From: Takakia lepidozioides
Taxonomy: Eukaryota; Plantae; Bryophyta
Direction: 5' to 3'
Assembly: GCA_030704615.1 (NCBI GenBank)
Contig: CM060734.1
Span: forward strand, 13,702,001-13,766,000
DNA: 64,000 nt
Positions within the stretch are counted from its first letter, which is position 1. Each line of letters begins with the position of its first letter. The notes beneath the pieces were generated by a model, which had not been told where the DNA came from, ran no database searches, and was given only the letters and a program-made list of their open reading frames with translations. The position numbers and the translations under genes are program-made. Of this stretch, positions 1 through 12,341 are shown piece by piece.

Positions 1-618
1 AGAGCCAGCCATCACGAGTATCATGTAGCAGCAGGGGAGCAGGTTTACGCAGCGCATCATCAAGGTTTACTGAAGCACGAGTTCAGTGATGTGAAATGTG
101 TCGGCGTGCTTAGGGCATAACTTCCCGATTTCTCATCCAGGGTCACATTTTATCAAGAGAAGCACATTGTCAATGGATGACATCCAATAAAAAGGTATCT
201 TTTAGGGTTATGGTATAGGCTTAGGTTTAATAACTGCCATCATTTATGATGGTAGTTTTATTATCTCTTGGATTTTAAAATAGGTAACCATTATTCATGT
301 AGTTCATCCAGTTTAGATGAAAGAAATAGATAGTAAACCAAGCTTTCTGTACATTAAGTTTCATCATCCTATAATAATATCATCCAGATTTGGATGAAAA
401 AGGTTGGGATGAAAAACTAAATAACCTCAAAAGGTTAAGGCCAGATGAAATCCAAAGAGTTATAGAGGGAGAGGGAGAGAGGGAGAGAGAGGGACCCACC
501 AGCCAATCCCCTGGCATGGTAGAACCTTACGGAGTGAGTGTTGTATGCACTCACCCCGTAAGGGAGTGCATACCAGACCCCTTCTCATAAGGTTTCCCCT
601 CTTCCATGTAGTTCTATC

Positions 619-1700
619 GTGTCACACAATTGCGACGGAAGGACTATTATGATAGCCGTCTTAAACCCAAGATATTTAAAGGCTCAAGATTTGGTACTTC
701 TTTATGATAGTCGTTTTCAAAAATTTCTTGGTAAATTGAAGATGCGATGGCTCGGGCCATACCGGGTGGTGGAAGCTTTTCCAAATGGCTCGATACAATT
801 GGCTACCATCAATGGCGACCCAGTGCCGACACGGATAAACGGCGATCGTCTTAAGTTATTTCTTACTTAATGATTTGGTGGGCAGGTTAAGTGGGAGGGG
901 GTGTCAATCAGCTATTAGTCAATTCAATTTTTATTTTTATTTTTTAAAAAACTATATTATCTCGAATGAATGAAGTAAATGCGAAGGGTACAGAGAGTCA
1001 TTATGAGTGTACAAAGCGCCGCCGTTTGTCACAGCCGATAGATTGGGTCGAGACGGTTAGTTCTTTATGGTTGTAGGACGATCCTAGCCGTATATGACAG
1101 CTGTTAGATTAAGCCATCACGTGCGATAGATAGGAGTGGGGCCCTTCTTGCCATTTCCACTGTCTGTCCATTGTTCTTGCAGCTCAGATAGTTTGTCGTA
1201 ATAAGAAGTGTGAGTGCAGTGAGTGGAGAGAGAGAGTGTTTCTCCGAGAGGTGAGGAAAGTCATCGGGATGGTGAAGAAAGCTGTGCAGCAGTCTTTGCC
1301 GGGAGCAGTTTCAATGATGGCGGGGGAGTTGCGAGGGGGAGATATTAATTTGATTCTGGGCGGTCGTGAGCAGAGAGCACAGTGGAGACAGTCCGGGATG
1401 TTAGAGTTCTTGTTATTGTCTGCGAAGAGTCTGCCAAAGGCCAGTATGGCCACGGTCATGCAATTCTATAATTCTTATGATCCTGTTACTAGGACTGGAA
1501 CAGTCAATAACATTGAGATATTAGTGGATGTGTGTACTGTCACGGAAGACTTGCTACTGCCTCGGGCCGGTTTTGATGTCGATGGTTTTAAGGACGAGTC
1601 TTTTGTTCCTGAGGATTACTTCAAGGGGGGCTCCACCGCATGTAATCAGACGGGAGGCTGGGCTGTTGCCAAGGCGCTTAAGCCAGAGTTAATGGAATGG
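619..1700 (+). mobile_element. Ty3/Gypsy fragment: integrase C-terminus plus downstream extra ORF (1236-1700), inserted in a PLE unit
   Basis: ORF 619-870 reads VLLYDSR..GKLKMRWLGPYRVVEAFPNGSIQL..RINGDRLKLF, a GPY/F integrase tail. The flanks join as in the uninterrupted copy at 5361-5390, minus ~14 nt. Confidence 0.75.
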
Positions 1701-4700
1701 TCCTACATCCTCTCTTCCTCGGGTCATGAATGAAACATTGGCATAAAGTGTATCATAGCAAGACTGGTATAGTATCACGAGAAAAGAACAGAGAGTTCAG
1801 TGGTATACTTAGCTCTGGATAGGTGCAAGTTTTTAGAAAATACCTTTCAGTTTCTCAATAAGCTCTCGCACAAAGAAGAACGGGCTAGGGAAGGAACCTC
1901 GTTCAAGGAACCTTGTCAAGATACAACAACAGCTCAGGTCTGTAGTACCGTGCCTGTGATATGGACAAAACATCTTCTAGCAACAGATTAGAGTTGGGTA
2001 TTTTTTTATGGTGCCACAAGGAGCGAAGCCATATCTAAGAGAAGTATAGAAGCACTTGATCAAAGGACTTGGTAGTCACTCAATCATAAGGTATCTGATT
2101 CTGATATAAGGCATCGGCTACAAGAGACTAGCTACCAAAAGTAGTGTGCATGGACCGGATCATGTATAAGGTGTACACATACTCCCGTAAGCTGTCTTAC
2201 CAGGGCTTAGCTCATAATATCGGCATTCAAAAGTCCTTTAGATGCTCTATGCTTATTTCAGGTATCATCAAGGATGCCTTACTTTTCATACCCAATCAAT
2301 CAACCATACTATTGCTGGAGAAGATCATACCTGGCCAAGGGGGATTCATACCCCAAGGCTTTCAATTCATCATTCCAGTTTGGAATGTGTTTGTTGCCTA
2401 TCTGCCAAGGCTCCTCAAAAAATATTGTCAGTACATCAGAATGAGAAGGTGAAACATGAAAGGAGAAGGGTAGATGGTGTGTACAAAAACCACTAAGTAC
2501 ACTGATCAGATAAAGAGAGGGAAGATATACATGTCATGTCAAGACATGGACAAGACCGCTAAGGTCATTGTCATTGTAAGACAAAGCAGCCCTTTACAGG
2601 GCACCATCTAACAACCACTTCCATGTTTGCCATCTCATTTGAATATCCCATTACATTTCAGGGTATATGAAAAAACAGGGTGGGAGGGTGGGATTCTTGG
2701 TCAATCATATTATGAAAGCACCATAGTTTGACATACAACGATCACCACCATACTTGCCGATTGTAACATCATTTCAAAAACCAGATTGCAGGTCTGGAGA
2801 TAAATCTCGAGAGCCAAGCACATGGTACTTTAAATTGCAATTGAAACAACAAGCCATACATGTCTTAAGCATTTGCCCGTTGACATAATGATTCCTCATT
2901 TTTTGTTGACATGGGTCAAGCCTTACATAATCCAGTTCTTGAGCCATTCATCTTCCTAAAAAGGCATCTTGTGTTGGCTTGAAACCGATCTATCAGTGCC
3001 AAGACACGTGCAAGATTCATAAAGTAGAAACGGGGCTGAGTTTTTTCAGGCATATGCAGGCCTGGATTGGTATTCCAGGGCCTCATAAACAGCTCTGCTA
3101 GGGTAAAAAATAAATAACTCTGAATTCCAGGTCAATCATATCATGAAAGCACCATGGTTTAATAAAAAATTCCCCTATACTTGCAGATTGTACCTTCGTT
3201 TCAGAAACCAGATTGCAGGTTTGGAGATAATCTCCAGAACCAAGCCCTTCAAGCAACAAGTGTCTTTCTTGCTTAGTTTTATCTAAGTAAGAATATCTCT
3301 ACACCTAGCAAGGTGTATCATGACCAGGTTTAGGCCATGAAAAAGTATTTAAAACTGTCATGCTAGGCTACTTGCTGGACCATAAAGGTTACTGTTTTAG
3401 AATCCAGTTTTTGAATAAGTCGCCTTCCTAAAAAAAACAGCCAGCCTGAAGGTATCATAGCATTGCAAATGGATGAGCAAGCATTACATGCAATGACATG
3501 GCTTATTTGAGTCTCTGTAAGGAGCTGCACGTCTGGAATGGAATTCCAGGACTTCGTGATCAAAACTCTGCCAGGGTAGAAGGTAAGAAGCACACAACAC
3601 CTACCAGCAAGCAGGTCTTGAAAATCAAAATTATGATGGGGCCAGGTCCGAATGTGCTTCAGTGCCAAGTCATAGGCAAGACTTCTAACAACACAAAACA
3701 CATGGCTGAGTACCCTCGAGCAGATATGGGCCTGGAGTGGTATTCCAGGGCCGCATAAAAAGCTCTGCCAGTTAAAGAAATGAACTCATAAACCCCTGTC
3801 CCCTATCATGCAATGAAATCACAGTGATATGAGAGCCTTGAAGAATGTTTGTCATCAGACAAGGTCTATCTTCTGATCCATCAAAGCCAGGCCACGATGT
3901 TTCATTTCAGAGCCTAGTTTCCATGCAGCCATAGTTGTAGCTGCAGCCCTATACCTTTGTTGAAAACAGCCAGAGCCTTCAGTAGAGATTTTGTTTTCTA
4001 TGAAGTCCCTTGTGTGTCTTAACTCCAAAACATGTAGAAGTGGTCATCAAGAACCCAAAACAAGGGTAAGGAGTAAGAAGGCGATCCTCATTAGAGCAGA
4101 CTTGAAGCCGTTTTGAGGCAACAAGGTGGCAGATTTGAAACAGCAACTGGCATCAGCAGCAGCAATCCCTTATGCAAGAATCGGACTCTGCAAGCTTCAA
4201 GAATTCAAGACAAGTGAAGACCCTCACCTGTGCCCGTCCAAAAACCACCACATAAAGATGTGTGTTAGTGAGGATGCATCAGGTGAGTGGCAGGTCTTCA
4301 CAGTTGCTATCCATGTCAGTGCTGAATTCTAAAGCATGTACATATCACAATTCAAGCAAGGGTAACCTCAAAAGACCTCGAGTGTTTGCGGTATGCCCTG
4401 CGCCATGGCGTCCAACAGATCGTCTCCAACATAACACAATCACAGTAGAAGGGTTCACAGATAGAGAAGAGCTCATACAAAGTGAAAGAGCCATATGTAA
4501 TCTGTAGATAAATAGGGGTAGAGTACTTCCCAACGAGGAGTAACGCTGCAATTAAAAAGAACCACGAGGGTCTGAGCAAAGCAATCATCGCTTTGTCACC
4601 CACCAGAGAAGAATCTGCATAACCGCCAATGCGCATCCCAAGAGCCGGCCATCACGGATACCATGCAGCAGTTGGGGAGCAGATTTACACGGCGCATCAT

Positions 4701-6404
4701 CAAGGATCCTTAAGCACGAGCTCTGTGCTGTGAAAGGTGTCGACCTGCTTAGGGCACAGATCCCCGATTTCTCATCCAGGGGGGATGAAAAGTCGCATTT
4801 TGGCATGAGATGCACTCGTCAATGGATGACATCCATTAAAAAGGTAACTTTTAGGGTTAGGGTATAGGCTCAAGTTTAATAACTGCCATCATTTATAACA
4901 AATGATGGTAAAATTACTCTCCCCTGGATTAAAATAGATCACCGTCATTCATGGAATTCATCCCGTTTGGATGAAAAAGGAGAAAACAAATGATAAACCA
5001 AGATTTATGCACAGTAAGGGTCATCATCCTAATAATTTCATCCAGATTTGGATATGAAAGGAGATTAGGATGAAAAACCAAAATCTGCAGAGTAAGCGTC
5101 ATCATCCTTCAAAAAATTCATCCAATTTTGGATGAAAAGGGAATTGGGATGAACAACCAAATAACCAGCATTGAAATGGTTAAGGCCAGATGAAATCCAA
5201 AGAGTTATAGAGGGAGAGGGAGAGGGAGAGAGGGAGAGAGAGGGACCCACCAGCCAATCCCCTGGCATGGCAGAACCTTACGGAGTGGGTGTGGTATGCA
5301 CTCACCCCGTAAGGGAGTGCATACCAGACCCCTTCTCATAAGGTTTCCCCTCTTCCATGTAGTTCTATCCTTGGGGAGTAGAATCCTACATCCTCTCTTC
5401 CTCGGGTCATGAATGAAACATTGGCATAAAGTGTATCATAGCAAGACTGGTATAGTATCACGAGAAAAGAACAGAGAGTTCAGTGGTATACTTAGCTCTG
5501 GATAGGTACAAGTTTTTAGAAAATACCTTTCAGTTTCTCAATAAGCTCTCGCACAGGGAAGAACGGGCTAGGGAAGGAACCTCGTTCAAGGAACCTTGTC
5601 AAGATACAACAGCAGCTCAGGTTTGTAGTACCGTGCCTCTGATATGGACAAAACATCTTCTAGCAACAGATTAGAGTTGGGTATTTTTTTATGGTGCCAC
5701 AAAGAGCGAAGCCATATCTAAGAGAAGTATAGAAGCACTTGATCAAATGACTTGGCATCATTACCATAACAGGCTGTACTCGGTTTACATGCCATACAAT
5801 CATCCATAGGAAACACAAAGAATCTGAATTGCTCGTCCCATCAGGCCTGCAGGTTACTTTGGTATTATTTATCCTAAAGCAACTTGAATACAATGCCTGA
5901 ATCATTCTGTTCACATCTACCAATGTCTTACCATTTTGGAAAATAGGTAAATTGTCTATCAATTTTTCATCCGTGTCATCCTCTGAGGATGACATCCATT
6001 TATGGATGAAAAAATTAAATAATATGATGGCTCCATTAGGATCCCGACCTTATACCAAAAATCCGGGTAATGTAAATAACCGAAATTAACCAAATTCCAA
6101 GAAGGTTAATTAGGGGTTAGGTAACATACCACCGGTCTTAAACTATCAAGTTTTAAGAGAACCAGCCAGATCCATGGAGGGAGGGAGAGAGAGGGAGAGA
6201 GATGAACCCACCAACCATCCCATGGTATGGCAGCTCTTTATGGAGTGAGTGTGGTATGCACTCACCCCGTAAGGGAGTGCATACCAGACCCCATCACATA
6301 AATGACCTCCCTCTTCTTTGTAGCTTTTACTTCTGGTTACAAAGGAACCATAGAAATAAACATGCCTACAATCTCAACTCTCCAAGGTCAACAAACAAAA
6401 CAAG

Positions 6405-6910
6405 CCGTGACAAACAAAGGTACATCAACACTTACATCAGAATGTAGAGTTTTACCTTTTAGCTACACATAAGCTCTGATAATGGAAAGATGAGGCCAAT
6501 GAAGGGACCTTAACTCCGAAATTCATGAAACAACAAACAGGAAAGAAACTTTTATCAACCCTTTAGTGTTTACCTAGCCCATATTTTTGGGTACCACATG
6601 TGTACAAAACCAATGGGGGTAGGTTTAGGCAATGAATTTTTGTGCCATTGGCATGTTCCAAGTTGGCAAGTTGTGACACAAACGAAGGTACATCAACACA
6701 TACATCAAAATGTAGAGTTTTACCTTTTAGTTTATATATAAGCTCTGGTGACCGGAAGAAGAGGCCAGTGAAAGAACCCTCAATTCCCAAGGTCATAAAG
6801 TAACAATCAGGAAAGAATCTTATATCAAACTTTTAGTGTTTACCCACCCCTTGTTTTGGGTAAAACATGTGTACAAAACCAAAGGGGGCAGGTATTGGGA
6901 CTTAGGTAAT
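6405..6910. repeat. Diverged ~270-bp tandem duplication
   Basis: aaggtacatcaacac..tgtagagttt..tttagtgtttacc..tgtgtacaaaaccaa occurs at ~6417-6613 and again at ~6686-6882. Confidence 0.75.
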
Positions 6911-8443
6911 GAAGTCTGGCAGGGGTTTACCACCTGGTATTCAGACAAAACATCTACCAGCAGCATATCAGAATTGGGTATTTTTTATGGTGCTATAAAG
7001 AGCAAAGCCATAACCAGGAGAAACATAGAAACATTTGAGCCAAAGAAAAGGAACTCATTCGTATCATAAGGTATCTAAATCTGACATAAGGCATCGGCTA
7101 CATGGGACCGGCAAACAAGAGTAATGTGCACTGACCGGATCATGTATAAGGTGTACACGTCTACTCCAGCAGGCTGTCGTACCAAGGCCTAGCTCAAAAT
7201 TTCAGCATTCAGAAGCCCTATAGATGTTCTATGCTTATCTCAGGTACCTTCAAGGATGCCTTACTCTCCATGCCCACTTAGCCAACATATTTTTGCTGGA
7301 GAAGATCTTACCTTATGAAGGACTTGCTTGCTCCACACCATGGTCATGGCGGTAGAGGAGGCTGATATCTCATGGCTTTGGCCTTCCCATTGCCTTGGGT
7401 TCATCACTTCAATCAGGAACATATTTGATAACCTTTTGTCATGCTCAGACCAAGGTGTTAGTAAATCAAACACAGAAGGGAGATTGGTTGATAATGTGTA
7501 CAAGAACCACCAAGTACACTGGTCTAAATCAGAGAGGGAAGATACTTATGTCTTGTCGAGACATGGACAAAGACCTGACAAGGTCATTGTAAAATTAACG
7601 ACAAATCAGCCTCATAACAAGGCATTATCAACCATTCTTCATTCACAAGTCAGCTTTATGACAAATCCCAGACTTCAAAGTCAATGAAGTCTCTGGGTGG
7701 GGGGGGTGGGAAAAATTAGAGACTCGATTACCACTGTTCATAGTAGGAAACCATTGTTCAGCATGCTAAAAAGTGCCATTCATGACATGCCATGTCATTC
7801 AGTCTGTATTTTTTGGTCAGCTTACATACCAAGGCATAACCAACCATCCTCATTTATTGTTGGCCCAAGAACTAGTATAGTTTTGGGTTCTTTGTATCAT
7901 TGGACATACCAAAGTGACTGAGCAGTAAGTATCCATGTCATATTAAAGATCCATTGATCACTGTTCATGGCTGGAAATGTCTGTTTGTCTTAAAGAAGCC
8001 ATTCATGATCATAGAAGGCTTAAGAACAAAATAAGAGCATTTCTTTACATAAAGAACATCACCAAAGCAGGGTTACGGACTGATATTTGGCAGCTTATAC
8101 AACGGGTTATAATCAGCTGCCCTACTTTGCACATCAAGTCACTTATTGACATCATGTTTTTTGCCCCATGATCTGTTTTAGATCTGGGGCTGGTGTGTAA
8201 TTTCAATGACAGGGTAGAGTAATATTCCCACCTCTTATTCCATGCCCCAAGACCAAGTTCTATGTCCGGTGCTTCAAGTCTCCTTATACACTAGATTGTT
8301 ATCAGGTATCTTGAGATAGATAGCAAACGTTGAGGCATACCACATGAACACCTGAGCAAGTTCAAAAAGTGAGCTCTCAGATAAGCCAGATCTTGTATGC
8401 TACGAAGTACTCGCATGTACGGATGGAGGAGAGGAGACATCAC

Positions 8444-11400
8444 CTAATATTCCACACATTGTCTTCATGTAGTGGCACATTAGAAGCCAAGTCAGCTCAG
8501 CTGCATCAGCCTCTGCCTTGGCCCTGGCAGCAGCATCATGTGCTGGTTTGTCTGTTGCATACTGATTCTGTCATGCACCACAAATCTCACTAATCAACCG
8601 TCGCTTGCCTTTCTTCAACAAGAAACACTTACTGGTTATCTTCAATGACCAACAACAAGCTGCCACCGGAACCTATAAAATCTATGAATGTGCCTTGTAA
8701 TCAATACTGTTGAGACTAGTTCCTAGGCAGGATATGCTGTCTAATGAACAGGAATCCATCCAAAAGCAGTAGGAGGATATTTATTTGTAGTATATGTTGG
8801 TGCAGTGCAAATAGACAAACAAACGATTCTACCACTTGGACCTGGCCCTGCATGACAAGGATGAAGTATCATCACTGAACTCTGAGTCGCTACTAACAAA
8901 GTCAAAAGTGCACTGACATCTGCTTGTCCATAATTGTACTTGTTTACAATTTCCTAGGTAGTAGGGAGAAAGGATAGCCTTTGTATTTGCATCACACAGT
9001 GTGCCACACATGTAAGATGAACAAATACCTGCCGGGTAAGACAGGCTGAGTTTGAACACTGAGGATTTGGCAACATCTCCATCGTTGGAAAAAAGTCCTT
9101 CAGAGCACTGTAACCCTGGCAGGCAGCTCCCCTAACGGTTGAGATGGTTTTAACGAGGCAAGGTTTACATAAACTTCCCTGAGGAACAAACAGAGAAACA
9201 AGGGAGATCACAGAGGTAATGGAAAAAATTTACCAGATACTTGGAAACAAGGCCGAAGCCAAGGAGGTATTTGAGTGAACTCTGTACCAACAGCCCTGCA
9301 ACAATTCCCTGCCCAACACATCCATCACTGCACTGCTTCAGCATGACTTCTGCGTATTTCCTCTCTGTATACTTTCTGCCACAGTACAACCTTTGATTTC
9401 AATACTACTGGTGTCAGTTGTATACTTGCTAAGAAATGGTAGCAGGGAAGCTTTTGAGATCTATGAGCAAATACCGGAAGGGATACCAACAGGGTCACAT
9501 TCACTTGTTACCAGAGCACACTTGTATGACCACTGGTTTGTACTTACCATGGTAGTCGGTAAAGAGGCTGTACACACGCCTTCCCGCTTGAGAGTGCGCT
9601 CATCCACTCCGCATGCCACCACCTGCCAATCAGCCAACCCATCCCTGTCTCTTTCGCAACCATTCCTTCCATAATTGCCATACAAAAGGTTTTCACTTTA
9701 GTCCTTATCATCGCTCTCCAAGTGGTTGCTTTTGTTGTCTTCAAGCCCTAGCCTATGTAGCTCCTTGGCTTTTCTTCCACAACATGCACCACATGTTTTT
9801 CATCGGAAAGCGATACATTTGCTCCATCACTTGTTTCAAAGGTACAAGGGAATATGAAGCCTACCAGAGGAGGAGCACAGGCAAAGCAGGCAGTTTCGCC
9901 AGGGATCAGCAACTGGATGTGGCCTGACACTGCATCCTCTGACGCCCCTGCATTGTCCAAGGAACTGCACATCAGAAAGGCCTCCCGTGTCGTGCCCATG
10001 TCTAGAGTCTCCTGTACAGAACATGACCAAACAATAAAATGACACAACCAATTGTTGCATGGAACAACGTATCAGGCCCAACCCAAAGTTCAAAAAATAC
10101 CTGACTCCATCCATGTCTGACCAAAATCATTGCATGCCTGCATGCCATAGTTGATAATCACAATGTGAGAATATTTCCTCTCCCTCCATATAATGAACTT
10201 CCCTCAAATTGAGTTGGTTTCCCTTCAGGATTACAAAGGTCAGTGAGAAGGAAAAATACAGGCAGTTGCATACCAGCATGATGCCTAGAAACAAACAGAC
10301 CACCTTCAGTCAGCAAGTTAGCTGTGGGCTGTGTATGATAGGTCTATTTACTGCTTCCTTGGACTCTCAGCCTGCTTTGAAAGCATGGGCCAGTGCACTG
10401 ACTTCTATTAAGAATGACAAGACAATGCAAAGCTCAAAACAAATAATCAGCTCAACCAGATTCTCTGTACTGAAATCTAAAACAATAATTGGCAGCCTGC
10501 ATGAATCAGAAGATGAAGCATCTAGACACCTGGTTAACGACCATCCGTGCCTCATAATTGTCCACACAGCTGAGTACTAAGTCCACTCCACTCTGGCCTC
10601 CCATGGTCCTGCCCTTGACATGTCGTGTCAAACTATCCATGAATTTGCTGAATCCATCAACTGTTGTGATATTAAGCGTGTAACTCTGCACGCGGCCAAG
10701 CTGTTGATTTTTAATCTACTAACTTATGTGTGCTCATGTAGTGTGGCTTTTTCCACTGCAGTAGAACTTCATCCTAAAAAAGGTCAACTTTCAAACCATC
10801 ATTTTACTCTGTGCTTCATATGCACCTGTATTTCAGTCTGTGAATCAGCACTGGAATCCAAGCCTGCTATGCCAGGCAGGTGGCAGACATTGTGCACTGA
10901 GAAACACTTCTCAATGACAAATATGATGTGCAAATATATGCCCCTGAGCTTGAGCAGGGTGTGCATCTCTTTGTGCATGCACTGAGGCAGAGACATGTAG
11001 GGGTTTTACATGCAGTGCTACCACTTCCGACCCCAACAAATACATATGGAGAGAAAGAGAGGGAGACAACCATCTTCCTAACTACACACCCAGCATGAAC
11101 CACTCCAGAACTAAACTGTTGTTCAAGACCTCGGTGTTGTCAAACTGACAGAAATCAAGTGAACTACCTTTCATTGACCAAACACCGAAACTCCATTTCA
11201 CAAACCAATGGATTTTGTAGCCTGCATTTAGCATTCCACAGATACATGACCAAAACAAATCTGCCATTCTGCTCAGGTCTACTACTGATCTTTATTTCTG
11301 CTCATCTGTAACAGCACAGGACTACACTTCTCACCTCAAGGACCACATCTGGATTGATTTCTGCAAGTGTTTGCACAGCAGCATCTGTTTTTGTCATTCC

Positions 11401-12169
11401 TGCCTGTCACAAACAAGTTAAACATCACCACCAGGCTAATGCTTACCCCCAACCTTCTAAGTCCCTCCCATTACTCAGCAACATACTTCTCTGCCGAAGT
11501 ATATTTCTGTGAAGCTAACTCCCCCTCTGATCTACCGAAGGTCCATGTGTATCGAGCTAAGAAAGATGTTCTATAACTGTCATCCAGAGTAGAAATCGGA
11601 ACTACACTTAGCGATTTCCACTCTGAATCTGAGGAGAAAATGAAGGACAACTGTGCAAGTAGGAGATTGCCTGATCAGGCCGGAAGAAGAAATCGGAACT
11701 ACACTTAGCGATTTCCACTCCGAATCTGAGGAGAAAATGAAGGACAACTGTGCAAGTAGGAGATCGCCTGATCAGGACGGAAGAAGAGGCGGTTCATGTT
11801 AGCAAGCTCCACAGTGTCATAGTCGTAAAGCAGCAAGCGCCCAATGCCACACCTTGTCAGCATTTCCGCTGCCACACTGCCAACCCCACCAATACCCTAC
11901 AACGCCACATCTGGATCCGTCAGCCCCCTTCTGCATTCTCGTCCCTGCTGATATTGGGAGCTGAAGAATCCATCGACGAAAACAAAACCGAAGGCGAGAG
12001 AACGCACCACAATGGCAACAGAAAAGCCACGGATCTGTTCGTAATTGCCGACAATGCCCATGCGTTTGAGCGCCATGAGCCTGCTGTAGGGATTGCTGTC
12101 AACCACCTCCCCACTCATCTCCTGTTCCAACACCCTCATTCTGTCACACTCGCATTCCAGCTCCAGCAT
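8444..12169 (-). pseudogene. UBA5: UFM1-activating enzyme UBA5, 10 recognisable exons, frameshifted in exon 10 (pseudogene or C-terminally altered copy)
   Basis: Exons on the minus strand: ~12169(or ~12121)-12008 [24 protein letters not shown]; 11896-11768 [43 protein letters not shown]; 11403-11335; 10685-10530 VDLVLSCVDNYEAR; 10137-10101; 9947-9865 [16 protein letters not shown]; 9622-9548 KREGVCTASLPTTM; 9308-9234; 9115-9029; 8567-8444. Boundaries are GT-AG except one GC donor. The true start and final exon(s) were not identified. Confidence 0.9.
11591..11787. repeat. ~97-bp tandem duplication spanning the UBA5 exon-2 donor
   Basis: agaaatcggaactacacttagcg...ctgatcagg.cggaaga is repeated twice with few mismatches. 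Confidence 0.9.
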
Positions 12170-12341
12170 ATAGTGCGCGTGTTGATCCAGCAGCGAGGCC
12201 CTTCACTGTCCCTCTCACTGCAAACCAAGCTCGCGATAAGCGGGACGGGACGGGACGGCCCGTCCCGGGGTGCCCGCTATTTTCCTTTTTCTCTTTCTTT
12301 TTTTTTCTCTTTCTTTTTTGGAAAAGGGTGTTTGTTTTGGA

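Larger units (their letters stand above)
1..7700 (-). mobile_element. Head-to-tail array of degenerate, RT-deleted Penelope-like (Naiad/Chlamys-type) units, interrupted at 619-1700
   Basis: A shared block (GA-rich tract + ccttacggagtgagtg..gagtgcataccagacc) recurs at ~440-618, ~5187-5370, ~6170-6320 and ~17140-17320. Segments 1701-1980 and 5384-5660 match the last codons (FLERGSFP..ELIEKLKG) and 3' UTR of the PLE RT at 17350-17600. Segment 6960-7700 is a diverged copy of 1985-2720. Confidence 0.75.

Noticed and set aside
3845-3865. Hammerhead core CTGATGA on minus strand
   Set aside because: No stem II plus GAAA follows, and it is not conserved in the homologous copy near 15930.
1985-4830. 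A real ORF1 or GIY-YIG endonuclease upstream of the PLE RT
   Set aside because: The frames I checked contain stops, some shared between copies, and no GIY-YIG motif was found.
5330-5350. Hammerhead ribozyme at minus-strand GAAACCTTATGAG
   Set aside because: The core would be CUUAUGA in the wrong order relative to GAAA, and it is not conserved in the 6.3-kb copy.
5360-5420. SECIS element in PLE 3' UTR
   Set aside because: Only an ATGA..AA resemblance, no in-frame TGA at a conserved RT Cys, and land plants lack selenoprotein machinery.
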